64,000 nucleotides of DNA from Amoebidium appalachense (GCA_963693365.1 CAVNZM010000007.1:6197962-6261961), one strand, 5' to 3'. Shown: positions 15,785 to 43,000, counted from the first letter of the stretch. Notes: generated from the letters alone by a model not told the origin. Translations and numbers: made by a program.

Positions 15785-16816
15785 ACACACACACACCACC
15801 ACCACCACCACCCTCCCTCTCCTCTCCCCCCTCCCCCCACTCCCTTCCAACCTTCTGCGCTCCCTCCCTGCCCCCTCCCTCCTTCTCCCTCTGCCTCATC
15901 CCGCGAATCTCTGAGTGAACGGACGAAAATCCGGACACTGTGGGTGGCTTAGGCCCCCCAATGATGGACTGTGCTTACGTTGCATGCTCTTTGTGTGCCC
16001 CCTGCCTTATCCTGAACCCCTACTTTCCTCTTCCCCCCTTATCTCCTTCTTTTACTCCCTGCCTCCTCCCTCTTTCCCTTTCTCCCTTCCCGATTCCCGC
16101 CTCCCCCCCCCCCCCCCCCCCCTCTCTCTCCCTCTCTCTCTCGCTCCCTCCCCCCCCCCCCCCCCTTCTCTCTGTCTCTCTCTCCCCCTCCCCCTCTCTA
16201 TCACGCTCTCGCTCCCCCCTCCCCCCCCCCCCCCCCGCCCACCCACCCACCCACCCATCCACCAACCCACCAACCCTCTCTCCCCCTTCCCCCTCTCCCC
16301 GCGCCGCCGCCGCCGCCCTCGTCTACACCTCCTCACTAGCCACCAAGCACTACCACTGTTACCTCTCAACTCTACTTCATTCCAAACCCCCCTCCCCCCC
16401 CCCCCCCCCCCCCCCCCCCCTTCCCCCCCTCCCTCCCTCCCTCCCACCCCCCACCCCCCCCTCGTTTTGCCCATCCCTCTTCCCTTTCTCCTCCTCCCTC
16501 CCCTTCTCCCCCCTCCCCCCCCCTCCAACAAAAAAAAATATATATATTTTCACAGCAACAACCACCTCTCTCCTTTCTTGCTCTCCTGAATAGGATCTTC
16601 CACACGTGCATGTCCCGTTCGTTCCTCATGACACACAATCACGCACTCACTACATTCTCCCCCCCCCCCCCCCCCCCCCCCCCTCCCCCTCTTTCTGGAG
16701 CCCACACATGCACATCTTTGTAATTTTCTACCGTTTTTCACCTGTCATTCCGTTGGGCTCCTCTGTCTGCCCACCTTCTCCCCGCCCTGCTTTCGCCCTT
16801 TAAACCATATTTACAG

Positions 16817-16851
<35 letters not shown>

Positions 16852-17876
16852 AAAATAAAAAAAATAAAAAAAATTGGCTGTTGGTTTTGGCCTGATGAAG
16901 TGTACTGATAGACCTTTTTTTTTCCGTGACACAGTTTTTGTGGTGCAAGACTGGTGAAAGATCTTGAGAATCATATGTTTTCCTAACAAATTCGTTTGAT
17001 TGGTGCAGGGGCTGCTATCGTCTCTGCAGCAGAAATGGCCCGGGTTGACCCATGTGATTGTTGGTGGGGTGGTCGTATCTGCCCGTCACCTGTCCCAATG
17101 CATACGGCTGATCGGCCTAAGTGTAGACGGGCAGATAGAAGATATTGAGTAAGTCGATGTGTGTGTGTAGGTGGGGGGGGGGGGGGGGGGGAGGGGGGGG
17201 AGTGCGGGGTTATGTATGTATGTGTGTGGGTAGTGTGTGTGTGTGTTAACTTGTGTGTGTGTGTGTGTGTGTGTGTGTGCATGCGCGCGCGCGTGTGTGT
17301 GTGCGTCGTGCGTGTGTTTATGTGTGTATGTGTGTGTGTGTTTACTTGTGCGTATTTGCGTGTGTGTATGTGTGCGTGTATCTGTGTGTGTGGTGTGTCT
17401 AGTATGTATGCGAACACGCGTGCGGGGTGGGTGTCCATGTTTTTTGTATGTGCATGCTTGTGTGTTCTTGTGTGTTAATGGTGGTGATGTTTTTTCCTTT
17501 TCTTGTTTTCTTTCGTTCTTTCGTTTTTTAAATTTTGGAGAGAGGGGCGGGGGGGGGGGGGGGAGGGGGGGGAGGGGGGGGGGGGAGGGGGGGGGGGGCT
17601 GGGAGGGGGGGGGAGATTGCACGGCATTACCTTTTCTTCTCTCTGGCCACGTAATGGGTTGCACACACGCTTGTCTGGGCATGAATTGGGTCACACACAC
17701 ACCTGACATTATGGGTGTGTGAGAGAACAGAGATGCACGGGACGTGTGGGTGTTTTTTTTTTTTAGGGTCATAGGATTTCGGGTGTCAAAATCGACACAT
17801 TCCTTCTTGAAACTCTGCAATTTTTCCTGTATCTTCATTTTTCTCTTCTTTTCTTTTCGTTTCACTCTTTTATCAT

Positions 17877-17911
<35 letters not shown>

Positions 17912-18583
17912 TGTGGGTGGGTGGGTGGGTGGTTGGGCGGGTGAAGGGGGGGGCGGGGGGGTAGGTTTACTGACCTTTTCCATCCCAACTCACTCTCACA
18001 GGCATCTGCCCACAACACTCTCCAGCCTAGTTCTGCTACGAGAGCTCCGATGCGGCTACGAAAACCTCAGCAGACTTTCAAACCTGACACGATTAGAACT
18101 GTTTGAAAAATTCGGTGTTTTCCCCGTGGGAAATGCGATATCGAAACTTCCGCATCTGAAATCGTTGACTGTGTCTGGCGGGAGTTTCCATTTTGAGGAC
18201 GGATTAATCAATTTACCAACCACCATCACCAGTTTGTCTCTATGCGATGCTTGCATTGGTAATACTCACTTTCTCCGTCGTCTTGCAGGGTTAAGAAATC
18301 TTGTTCTGAACGGACCATTGGTCAGAGATATAGTGATTGGTTCGCTGAGTAGGCTGCAATGTCTGGATCTTAGTAGGACGAAGGTTGAGGATGTGAGTTT
18401 TGTGGGGCTTTTACCTCACATCCGAACGTTGGTACTGGATGATCTATCACTCCTGCAAGGAAAGGCAAGATCCCCCAAGTCAAGCATCCACACACACGCG
18501 CACGCAGACACACACACAAAAACACACACACACACACGCACATACACACACACACACACACGTGCACATGCCCACACGCACAT

Positions 18584-18647
<64 letters not shown>

Positions 18648-18671
18648 GCACACACGCACGCACACACACAC

Positions 18672-18737
<66 letters not shown>

Positions 18738-19313
18738 CACACACAAACGACACCACGAACAATTGTAGTCGCACACACAACGTACAAAGCAGTTGCACAC
18801 ACAATGACACACACGACACACACACATTTGATCCATGATTTGATGACAGTAGGTTGTGAACGCAATGGATGAAAGGAACAAAAAGAAGGGACGGGTTTCG
18901 TTGCAGTATAACGAGATAATTTCAAGAGGCTATCTCCATATCTTCTCGGTAGTCTAAACAGCGCGTTTTGTGACAGGTGCTAGACCTCCAGCCACTGGGT
19001 GTGTGCATGACGTTGCAAAGGGTTAGTCTTACCGGGGCACGGCTGGCCAGTCTGGCTGATGTGGTCGAGGGGTCGACACATTGTCTGTTGTCTCTGGACT
19101 TGACTGGTTGTTATCCACCCCCCCCCCCCTCCCCCCCCTTTTCCCCACACACATTCACACACGCACACACGTATCACCACATAAACAAACTTCTTCTTTT
19201 TTTTTGTTGAGGGGGGCAGGGGGTGGGGGGTGGAGGGGGAGGGGGGAGGAGGTTAAGGAGAGTGAACACGAACAGACAAGTCCCTATAAATGAGTCAGAC
19301 TGAACCCCTCGCC

Positions 19314-19348
<35 letters not shown>

Positions 19349-20036
19349 CGCGGTGGGCACTCGCCCAAGCCACCGCCGTTCACCTTTTCAAACGGTTCAC
19401 TTTCTACAGGTTGTACCTCACTTTTTTAATTTATTATTATTATTATTATTTTTATTATTATTATTATTATTATTATTTTATTTTATCCTGTTTTGTTTCC
19501 GGAGGGACCTCTTGGGCCCTCAGGGGGAACTGCCATCTTCCACCCAGCACCCTCACTTTTTCTGAGCCTTTCCGTTCATTTTGCTAGGCCTTTTTGTTTC
19601 AATTTTCTCGGTTATGTTATTTTATTAATTTCCTCCCCTTTGTAACCATGCGCAGACACCAACGTTAAAGACCTGCAGCCTCTGAGTCGCTGCCATCGTC
19701 TGACCCAACTCCTTCTGGCCCGAACACCTACTCGTGACGTCAGCCCCCTGCACACGCTGTGTGGACTAAGAGTGTTGTCTCTATCTGGTCCGTGCCTACC
19801 CCCCTCCCCCCCCCCCCCCCCCCCCTCCCCCCTTCCCCCAGCCCCAGAGACACGCACACACCTCCTAAAAAGAAAAACAAGAAATTCAAAAAGTACACAT
19901 GCCTGTGTAAGATCATGTACGTGCATGAGCGTGCCCCCGACACGGTCACACACGCTCACATGCATAGGGAAAGACAAAGACCTAGGTTTTTGCCGATTGG
20001 GAATGCCTCACTCACAGACGCACACCACACGTACTT

Positions 20037-20069
<33 letters not shown>

Positions 20070-20508
20070 ACCACCACCACCACACACACACACACACACG
20101 CAAGCACACTCACAAGCACATATCCATCGTGACACATTGACACGATGACCCCCCCCCCCCCCCCCCCCCCCCTCCCCCTCCCCCAACTCCCCCTCCCACC
20201 CCCACCCGCCCACCCACACACACTGCGCAACCTTCCCACTCCTCTCTTCCCTTCCCCCCCCCCCCCCCCCCCCCCCCCCCCACCACCAAAACAAAAAAAA
20301 AACACACATACACACAGGCACAATGGTGCGTGACGTCACCTCTCTGACATCATGCACCAGCCTTCAAGAGGTTTATCTCGGGGGCACACCATTCATCGAC
20401 ACCCACAAGTCACTCATGGGCCTCCCGCACCTTCGGCGAATGCAAGACAGCATGTGGAGATACCCTGTGGATTTGAGAGACTACCACTCGCTTGTGCTTA
20501 CAAAATAA
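15410..20508 (+). CDS. F-box / leucine-rich-repeat protein (6 exons)
   Basis: Exon 1 (15410-15568) [32 protein letters not shown] is F-box-like. Exons ~17009-17148, 18002-18464, 18977-~19105, ~19656-19787 and ~20318-20508 join in phase and give LRRs ([48 protein letters not shown]). Confidence 0.85.
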
Positions 20509-20733
20509 ATTTTTTTACTGTTGTTTGCCACAATACGATGGCTTATTAAATACAGGTGCAGTTTCCTTGGCCATGTGACTGACAATGTGGACACTGACTA
20601 CTCTTTTAACCCCACACTGTACCCCTCCCCCCCCCCCCCCCCCCCCTCCTCCCCCCCCTCCCGCCGGACCCCCGGACACACACACAGGCGATTTCCTTGG
20701 CCACTGACAACATATTAAGCCTGCTATCGTTTC

Positions 20734-20773
<40 letters not shown>

Positions 20774-21733
20774 ACACCCTCCTCCTCTTCCTCCCTCCTC
20801 CTCCTCCCTCCTGGACATACACACACAACACATACATGCATACACTCAGGGATGCGTACGGACAGCCCAAATAAAACAGCCCCGATGTCCTTAAGCTCAA
20901 GCTTACTGCAAAAGTTGTGGGTGGGCCACCTGCGAGGTCATAATTAGATGTGTTGTGTCCCTGTCCATCCTGCACAGTTGCCAAATTTGTTTTTGTGCTG
21001 CGAATTGTGTTAACGCTAGAATATTACCAATTTTTCGGATACCAGCAGTGTACGTAGTAGCAGTGTGTTGAAAAGGGCCCTAAAACTCTGTGCTGCATTT
21101 GCATGTAGTGCACGCAGATCATGATGCTCCATCATCATGGCATCGTCTTGAGTATTGCGCAGTGTGTTGGAAAAAAATTGCACGGCTCGATCATGCCCCT
21201 GCATCATGTATGCATGCTGGCCATCGATCACAACGAAAGTCTAATAAGAACCGTGACCATGCCGTAGAGTCAGCCATCATATACTGTTTTACTTCGGCAC
21301 ACTAACCCAGTGCCTGCAAGCCAAGTGAAATACTAATTAGGGTCTGTGCCGAATGTGCACTGTGCACTCTCAGTAGGACTACAGCAAACCCCCCGAACTT
21401 CGGATTTGAATGCCGTCATAAATTTGGGACACTTTTGATTGGCCCTCCGTGCATCACCCGGACTTGGGTCCATTATTACGTTTTTCCCGCCCTTTTTGCA
21501 TGCCAGCGTGTCGGGTTGGCTGCCCAACCCGGCAGCCAAGTTTGAAAATAAAGGGCCGTTTTCTACCAACCACCACAGCAGAGCAAGCACATCCTCTTTC
21601 GAAAACATAGGAACTCCTCATTCTCACTCTAAGGATTTCCTCTCACGTAGCCTCACATCTTCATACGCTTTGTACTTTTACTAGTCCCATTTATCACACG
21701 CCCTTGCCCCACAGACAGAATGGGGTTCCCAAC

Positions 21734-23881
21734 ATGAGTGCACAAGGGCAGAAAAGGCGCAAGCCCACAGCAGAGGAGATAGAGGCAGCGTTTCTAGAAC
21801 ACAAAAATAAGACACATGAAGAGAGATGTAATTTAGCTGCAGAGCACGTGAAGCATAATATTTATTCTTACAGGGAAGCAGTTGAAGTTTTTGGGGTAGC
21901 ACGCACCACCATTGAGAATCACCTTAAGGGCAAAGTTAGTAGGCACGGGGCCGGAAGGCCCTCAGCACTCACTTATGAACAAGAGAGAGGTGTGATCGAG
22001 TGGATCTTTGAGAGGCAGGATGCGAATCTCTCCGCATCTGTTTGTGAAATCAAACAGAAACTAGTAGAAACTGCAAAAGAACACGGGGTACCCTTTAAGA
22101 ACGACAGACCATCTGATGGGTTCTGGAATGCTTTTAAAAAACGACACCCAGACTTCACTTTGACGGTGCCTTTGCCAGCTGATGACCGGCACGATGCAGC
22201 AACAACACCAAGCATCATTCGTCACTACTTTGACATCGTCCGCAAAGTGATGGTAACCTTTTTTGGCGGTCGATTCCTTCCCCGCCAAGTCCTCAACCTG
22301 GACGAAACCCCACAGAGAATCCACTACGTTCCCAGACTAGCCGGTGCTAAAAAGGGCAGCAGGGCAGTCCGACGTCGCATCATCGGAAATGGCAAAGAAA
22401 ACGTCACCATCATTCCAATTGGCAATGTTGCAGGTGAACTTCTCGGTGTCATCGTGATTCTCAAAGGCGCGCGAGTCAAGAAGGCAACAATCGAAGCCTG
22501 TACCATCGATAACGTGTACTTTACCGCAGTTCCAAACGGCCTCAACAACACCAAGATTTTCGACCAAATTGCTATTGCTCTGGTCAAAATTCTGAAGAAC
22601 CAACCCGACCCAGGTCCCCACATGGTACTGGTCGACAGACATCACTCGCGCGCGTCATCTTTCGCCCTCAGGCACCTCAAAAACAACCAAGTTTACGTGG
22701 TCGGACTACCGGGAAGCACAACACCAACCACCCAAGCAATGAACAACTGCAACGTTCCGAGTGTGAAGAAGGAATACAGGAACCTCTACTGCGAGTTTGT
22801 CGCGGCAAACCCAACCCTCAAGAAGTTCACTTATGCACATTTCATCGCGCTGCACTCCCGTGCGTTCAACGGTAAATTCACCAAACAATCGATAGTGAGT
22901 GCGTTCGCCAAAACTGGCTTCAGACAGGAGAACGGAGAGGTGGTTGTGGATGAGGAGAGAGTTCAAGCATCACTGCCCCTCAAGCATAGTGCGGCTACTG
23001 CAAACCTCCCCCCGCCCGAAATCACCTCGAAAGAGCTCGGGTGGACTGAAGATGAGGAATCTCAAGAGGGGGACAACACAGAGGAAATCAGGGAGGTGCC
23101 TGAACCGGAAAATGAACACGAAAACGGAAACGAAAAACCCCCCGAAAACGAAAACGAAAATACACAGGCGGCGGAGAGCGGAGATGACATGTTGCTCACC
23201 TACGAAACAGACGGAGATGGACAGCAGCGTGCAATTCAGTGGACACGCGAAACCTTTCTCAAGGAACTTGAGGAGAGAGAGAAACGCAAGCAGCAGAAGG
23301 AAGATGGAAAGAAACACCGCGCAGAGGAGAGGGAACGGAGGAAGGCGGAGAGACTACAAGAACAGGAGGATAAAAAGAGAGCGCAAGAGGAGAAAGCAAG
23401 AGAGAGAGAAAAGAGAAAAGCAGAGGAGGCAGCCGTGAAAGAGGCAAGGAAAAAAGAGAGGGAGGAAAAGAAAAAAGAAAAAGAGCTGAGGGCACAGGAA
23501 GAGAAGGAAAGGAAGGCACAGGAGGGAGGACGAAAAGGGAGATCCAAACCGACACAACCAGGGAAGCCCAAGAAGAAAAAGAGGAAGGCTAAGAGAGCAT
23601 TCTGGAGGTCAGACACTGATGTACCAGAAGCAGAAAGCAACGAAGACGGAGAAAGGGAGAGTGAGAGTGAGAGCGAAAACGAACGGAGGAAGGTGCACGG
23701 TGATGAGTGGATGGAAAATGAAAGAGACAAAGAAAACGAACCACCAAGAAACGAGCACGGGCAACCATACTGGCCTGGCTACTACTTCCCCTACCAACAA
23801 GTCCCATTCAACCCATACCAACCTGGGATGCAATACCAACAGTACCCGTTTTATCAGTATCCATACCCCGGACAGATGTAG
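21734..23881 (+). mobile_element. pogo/Fot-like (CENP-B HTH + DDE_1) transposase-derived intronless ORF, 715 aa
   Basis: HTH (SYREAVEVFGVARTTI), GRPSALT, FWNAFKKRHP, NLDET, KENVTII, VLVDRHHSR, LPGSTT..TQAMN, IVSAFAKTG; long charged C-terminus. A 12-bp inverted motif AATTTGGGACAC (21421) / GTGTCCCAAATT (24146, 24499) flanks the ORF. Confidence 0.9.
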
Positions 23882-25403
23882 AGGTATGCTAACAGTACAG
23901 GAACGAGCATGCGTGTGTAGGTTGCACTTGTAGTACAGAACGACGTCTTTGGTCACAGGCTGTAGGTTGTATAATGTGTTCAGTTTATTTTGCAAAACAG
24001 GCACCCTTGAAGCCTCGTTGAGTGTACAGACTGGTTTGAAAGCTAGATAAGGCCCCAGGGGTGGGCAACGGTGAAATGAACAGCGAGACCACACCCTGGT
24101 GCGTGTGCGTCAGCTTGTTCGTCTGCATATACGTCTATGCAACACGTGTCCCAAATTAAAATGCATTTTGAATTCAGAATGAAATTTGCATGATGGTTCC
24201 CTAGGCTACATTCACGTGTCTAAGTCGTCGGAAACGTGTTTTATGAACCTCAGCGCTTATATACTCGGGTAGCCATATGCCCTAACACGTACTGACGTGT
24301 TGCCGCACGTGCGACGTTTAACATCTACTCAGGCGGCTTAAGTAAAAAAAAAAAAAAAAAAAAGAAAGAAAGGAGACACCGCCTCAGTCTGTCAGTAGGT
24401 GGTAGCCATATGCCAGGGTTTGCCGGGGATGCTCGAATGTTCCAGAAAAAAGCTAAAAATAGCTACCAATAAGCGCTTGATCAGCGATGACGCGAAGAGT
24501 GTCCCAAATTCGAGCGGTTTTGTATGTGACTCGCCGTGTGCCGCATGCACATGTGACAACGTTTTCAAGTTTCAACGTTTGCTCAGGCACCAAGGCCTCC
24601 GTGTTTAGGGTGATATAGGAAGCACACCGACCAATGAATATGGAGAAGTCGTAGCCAATCAGCATGTGTCTACCTGAAATGATTTTTGGGATTTCAGATT
24701 CATACCTAATAATTTTGAAAGTACGCAATGTACCCCCCTTAGCAACGCTAAGATTACCAATAAAGCCCCAACATAAAATTTACTGCGTTTTTCAATTACA
24801 AACGTAAGAATTCTTTTGCCAACCAGTTGTGGCTTTTTATGGCTTATCAGCTTCATCAATCATGGTCACAGTCTGGGGTGACAGAACCACAGATGTCAAG
24901 CAAGGTAACCTTTGTTTCATAGTTGACCGCTACCACCCTAAATGATGCGGAACTTTGTAATAGGATAGGTTGAAGAAGTATTGTTACCGTTGTTTATATG
25001 CACCCTGTTTTCAAACAGCGTATATATTAGCACCTAAATACCCTAATGATCTTTAAAGTCAGAGGGGTTCAGTGAACCCATTTTCGTGAACTTGTACATC
25101 TGCATATAATTCACCTGAGACGTTTACGACCTCACTCCCACATACTTGCTACAATTTGTTGAAATCCAGTTGTGCTAGGGCGTGAACGCATACATGCCAG
25201 GAGTAACTGAATAATTTTTAATTTTTGAAGAACTAAATTAACATGCAGGGTTACAATAATCACTAATTAGTAAATGCTATCTGCGCCTTCGGTTTCGTTT
25301 TCCCCATTGCAGCCAGAAAAGTCTTTTTAACGCCAGATGTACCTGTGGATGCTTTATCAAAAACAATGGAACAGGGACATTTCATGTTAAAAATACTTTA
25401 AAA

Positions 25404-39696
<14,293 letters not shown>

Positions 39697-40722
39697 TTGG
39701 TTATTTGCTACCTGTGATCACGTGATCAGCAGCAAATATCTAGCCCATCTTAAGATTATCTCGTCTTTTTTTTTCTTCAGCCCGTTGACAGGAGAAGAGT
39801 GTGGGTGTGGGTGTGGGTGTGTGTGGGGGGGGGGGGGGGGGGGGGGGGAGGGGAGGGGGGAGGAGATGTTACCGGTGTATGTACGTACTATTTTCTGATG
39901 TTCCAAACGAATCTTTTTAACAGAGTCGTGTACATAAACATTATGTGTATATATGTAGCGATTCATTTTTGCGATGTCACAGTAGGTATATCTATACATA
40001 GTATATCTCCCAATGATGCAGAAACGTGGAATATGTTTCCAACCAGTGCACAGCTGGATTGATGCTTTATAGCTCTGAGACTCCAAGTTATGACGTTCGC
40101 TTGTACAAGGTAATAATATATTATTGAGGGCCCTTTTTGCATTCGATCTCGTATTTTTTTTGTTCGTGCTCTTTTGGCATTTTATGCCATAAAATGAAGC
40201 TTCTAGAAGCCCCTAATACACGTAATGTAAGCCTATTACATAAAAGGCCCAAAACTAGAAGGCTGAATACAACCCATTTGCACCTTTCGCACTGTTATTA
40301 ACTTAAAACCGAACCCCCCCCCCCCCCCCCCACCCCCCCCCCCCCCCCCCCCCGGGCGCCCCGCCAGCCCGCCATTTTTAAATTCTAAACACGCATGGAG
40401 CAAGAGAGATGAGCACAGGCCACATATCCACCTGTGCACACACACACACACACACACACACACGTACACACACACACTGACTAACACACTAACACACTGA
40501 AACACACACACAATTGCAACCCCCCCCCCCCCCCCCCCCCCCCGGACACACCCACACACACACACAGTGGCACCGCGCGCGCAACTAATGCAATCGATCT
40601 CCTATTTGCGTTGCAATTGGTAGAAATGATCGATAGCCTGATCATAGTATGCAAGCAGGCTGAGAATTTCAACTGTGTGAGCCAAGGCTGAGGATCTGGA
40701 AGGTGGGTTTTGGAGGCGCCGG

Positions 40723-40791
<69 letters not shown>

Positions 40792-40792
40792 A

Positions 40793-40923
40793 ATGATTTT
40801 CACACAGTGTTCAGGTATCTCAGTATGCACTTGTTACTGGATAACTCGTGAAGTTTTTATTGTCTTCTCAGTATGCCGTGCATACTTGCATATCTTTCCG
40901 TCGAATAAATCCAGTCAAAAGAA
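40793..40923 (+). repeat. ~130-bp direct repeat matching the 3' end of the downstream RT element
   Basis: Matches 42690-42830 apart from one substitution and short indels; contains AATAAA and is followed by an A-rich run. Confidence 0.92.
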
Positions 40924-41090
40924 GAAAAAAAAAATGGTTGAAACCACAGAACTACGGTTTGAAAAGTATTATTTTGGGTCACACCGGTAGCTTGGTACCG
41001 CCGCAATTTTTCGCAGTTGTTGCAAATACGTAAACAGATGGGGTCTATGCACATATTACTCAATTTTTTGGGGTCTGAAACAACTATTTT

Positions 41091-41253
41091 GCAGGAGGCA
41101 CCTGGTTCGAATCCCACGATGTAGCGCATTGGGGATCGGATGCCCTGATGGGACTCGCCTGCAGGGTGCAGGACTATGGCAATGGCCCTCTATGCTAACT
41201 CCAACCGGGGTAGCCAAGGATCGGATGCCTTGGCTATTCCGGAAAGTTTTTTT
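41091..41253 (+). ncRNA. putative tRNA-related structured RNA / SINE-like segment
   Basis: B-box GGTTCGAATCC (41104-41114); hairpins at 41127-41150, 41158-41172 and 41205-41242 with G.U pairs; ends in T7 (41247-41253). Confidence 0.5.
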
Positions 41254-42830
41254 ACAGTGACTGGTTTGTTATGGCATAAGCTGGCTATGCGGGGCTTACC
41301 AGCCCGATTTGGCCGTCTTCTGCAAGCGCTGTTCGATACCACTCGCGGACGAGCGGCGGTCAATGGAACATTAACGCCCGGTTTTTCTCGTTCTCGGGGT
41401 CTTCTGCAGGGGTCCCTCCTGATCATGAGTCCGTTGTTAGTGACGTTTTCATTGACGATTTAGCCTGCGCCCTCGAACCCTTTGGCCAACTGCATACCCA
41501 CCGTGTACCGGGTCTCCTTTTTGCGGACGATATTGTTCTTTGTTCCTTAACCGAAGATGTCATATGCACCAGATGCTTCGTCAGGTGGATCAATGGTGCA
41601 CCGAGAATCTCATGACAGTCGGAATTGCAAAGTGTGCTACTTTTTCGAAAAACGCTTCCTTTCGTCTTCCTATTCCTGTTCAGAGCACCTATGACTATTT
41701 GGGTATTCCTTTTACTGCACGGGGTATTGATTTCCGCAAGCTCCTCACGGCACGGATCGCTCGTGCGAAGGGTAAGCTTCACATCGTGTCAAATATGTTT
41801 CAACGGGAGTCCGTGATCCATCCTGCGAACCTTCTTCTCTACTATAAAATTTTTTTACGGCCGACTTTCGAATATGGACTTCCGCTATTGGCCTGCGCCC
41901 CACCTCGCGAGGCGGCCGTGGCGCTGAATTCGAAAGAGTTCGACGATTTCCATGGTACTGCGCTGCGCACTTTGTTTCGTACTCGGTTTGTGCATCCCTT
42001 AATCAGTATGTTTGGATTGTTGCCTGCTGTTTGTCGTATGGAGGAATTGTCTCTTCGTTTTTGTTTTCATTTAGTTAGGATACCTGATGGTCACCCTCTT
42101 TATGCTTTCTTTCCCCCCCTCCCTCCATCCCTCTTTCCCCCCCGATTCATCAAAGCTACTTCTGAATGTCCTCAGCCTACCCTCTTTCAACCTGATTCTT
42201 CCTCTCGCTATCTCACTCCCTCTTTCTTATCTCTTCCTGTTTTTTCTGCCTTTTCGCGTTATTACCATACGCATTAAAGTTTCTTTCTCGTTCTGATAGA
42301 GAAATCAAAGGTAAAACTCAGTCGGCGTGTGTTATGTTCCTTAGGCAACACCGTACAGATCATTATCGCTTTTTGGGAGCTTTGGCAGGATACATTTCTC
42401 CTGCTGTACGTATGGATACCACCCTAGTAGATCATAAGTCTGTATGGTGCTCTGATGTTGCTATTGCCTGGGAAGTTGTGCAGTGGCGTTGTAATTTTTG
42501 TTTCCATCGCCGCTGGTGCCACTTTTGTGCTGAACTTTTTAATCGCAAGCATGTTGATAGGTGTGAGTTTTTATGTCGCGTTTTACCTCTTTCCCTACGG
42601 GTGTCTGCTACACTGGCTGGCAATGTGACCACTTTAGACTTTTTGTTGAATTCTGTTGGTCGTCACATTGAGTATGTATTTATATGCATATGATTTTCAC
42701 ACAGTGTTCAGGTATCTCAGTATGCACTTGTTACTGGATTACTCGTGAAGTTTTTTTTTATATTGTCTAAGTTCTCAGTATGCCGTGCATACTTGCATAT
42801 CTTTCCGTCGAATAAATCCAGTCAAAAGAA
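41254..42830 (+). mobile_element. 5'-truncated, frameshifted non-LTR retrotransposon (RT + Cys/His C-terminus)
   Basis: LWHKLAMRGLP, SRGLLQGSLL..SPLL, VFIDDL, GLLFADDIVL, KCATF, YDYLGIPF, YKIFLRPTFEYGL across shifting frames; C-terminal WRC..CHFC..FNRKHVDRC..LDFLLN; 3' UTR with AATAAA. Confidence 0.9.
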
Positions 42831-42924
42831 TTTTTTTTGCAAATATCGATATAAACGTTTCAAAACCGGACAGTAATCCGCTAACCGGTTGTGAGCCGCA
42901 CTGAGCCACACGTGTATACTGTGC

Positions 42925-42961
42925 AAGGCCTCCTAAATAGCACACCTATTTAGGAGGCCTT
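42925..42961. repeat. perfect 16-bp inverted repeat (recurrent palindrome family)
   Basis: AAGGCCTCCTAAATAG-cacac-CTATTTAGGAGGCCTT; relatives at 57530-57566 and 24588-24623. Confidence 0.85.
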
Positions 42962-42968
42962 ACTACTG

Positions 42969-43000
42969 TGACGTCATGAAGGTTATCGTTGCCAGGCAAC
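42969..43000. promoter_or_regulatory. CRE-like TGACGTCA and RFX X-box-like GTTGCCAGGCAAC
   Basis: Motif matches only; no target gene identified. Confidence 0.3.

Noticed and set aside
21380-21404. TA-CAGCAAACCCCCCG as the left pogo TIR
   Set aside because: No matching right-hand TIR with a TA TSD was found downstream.
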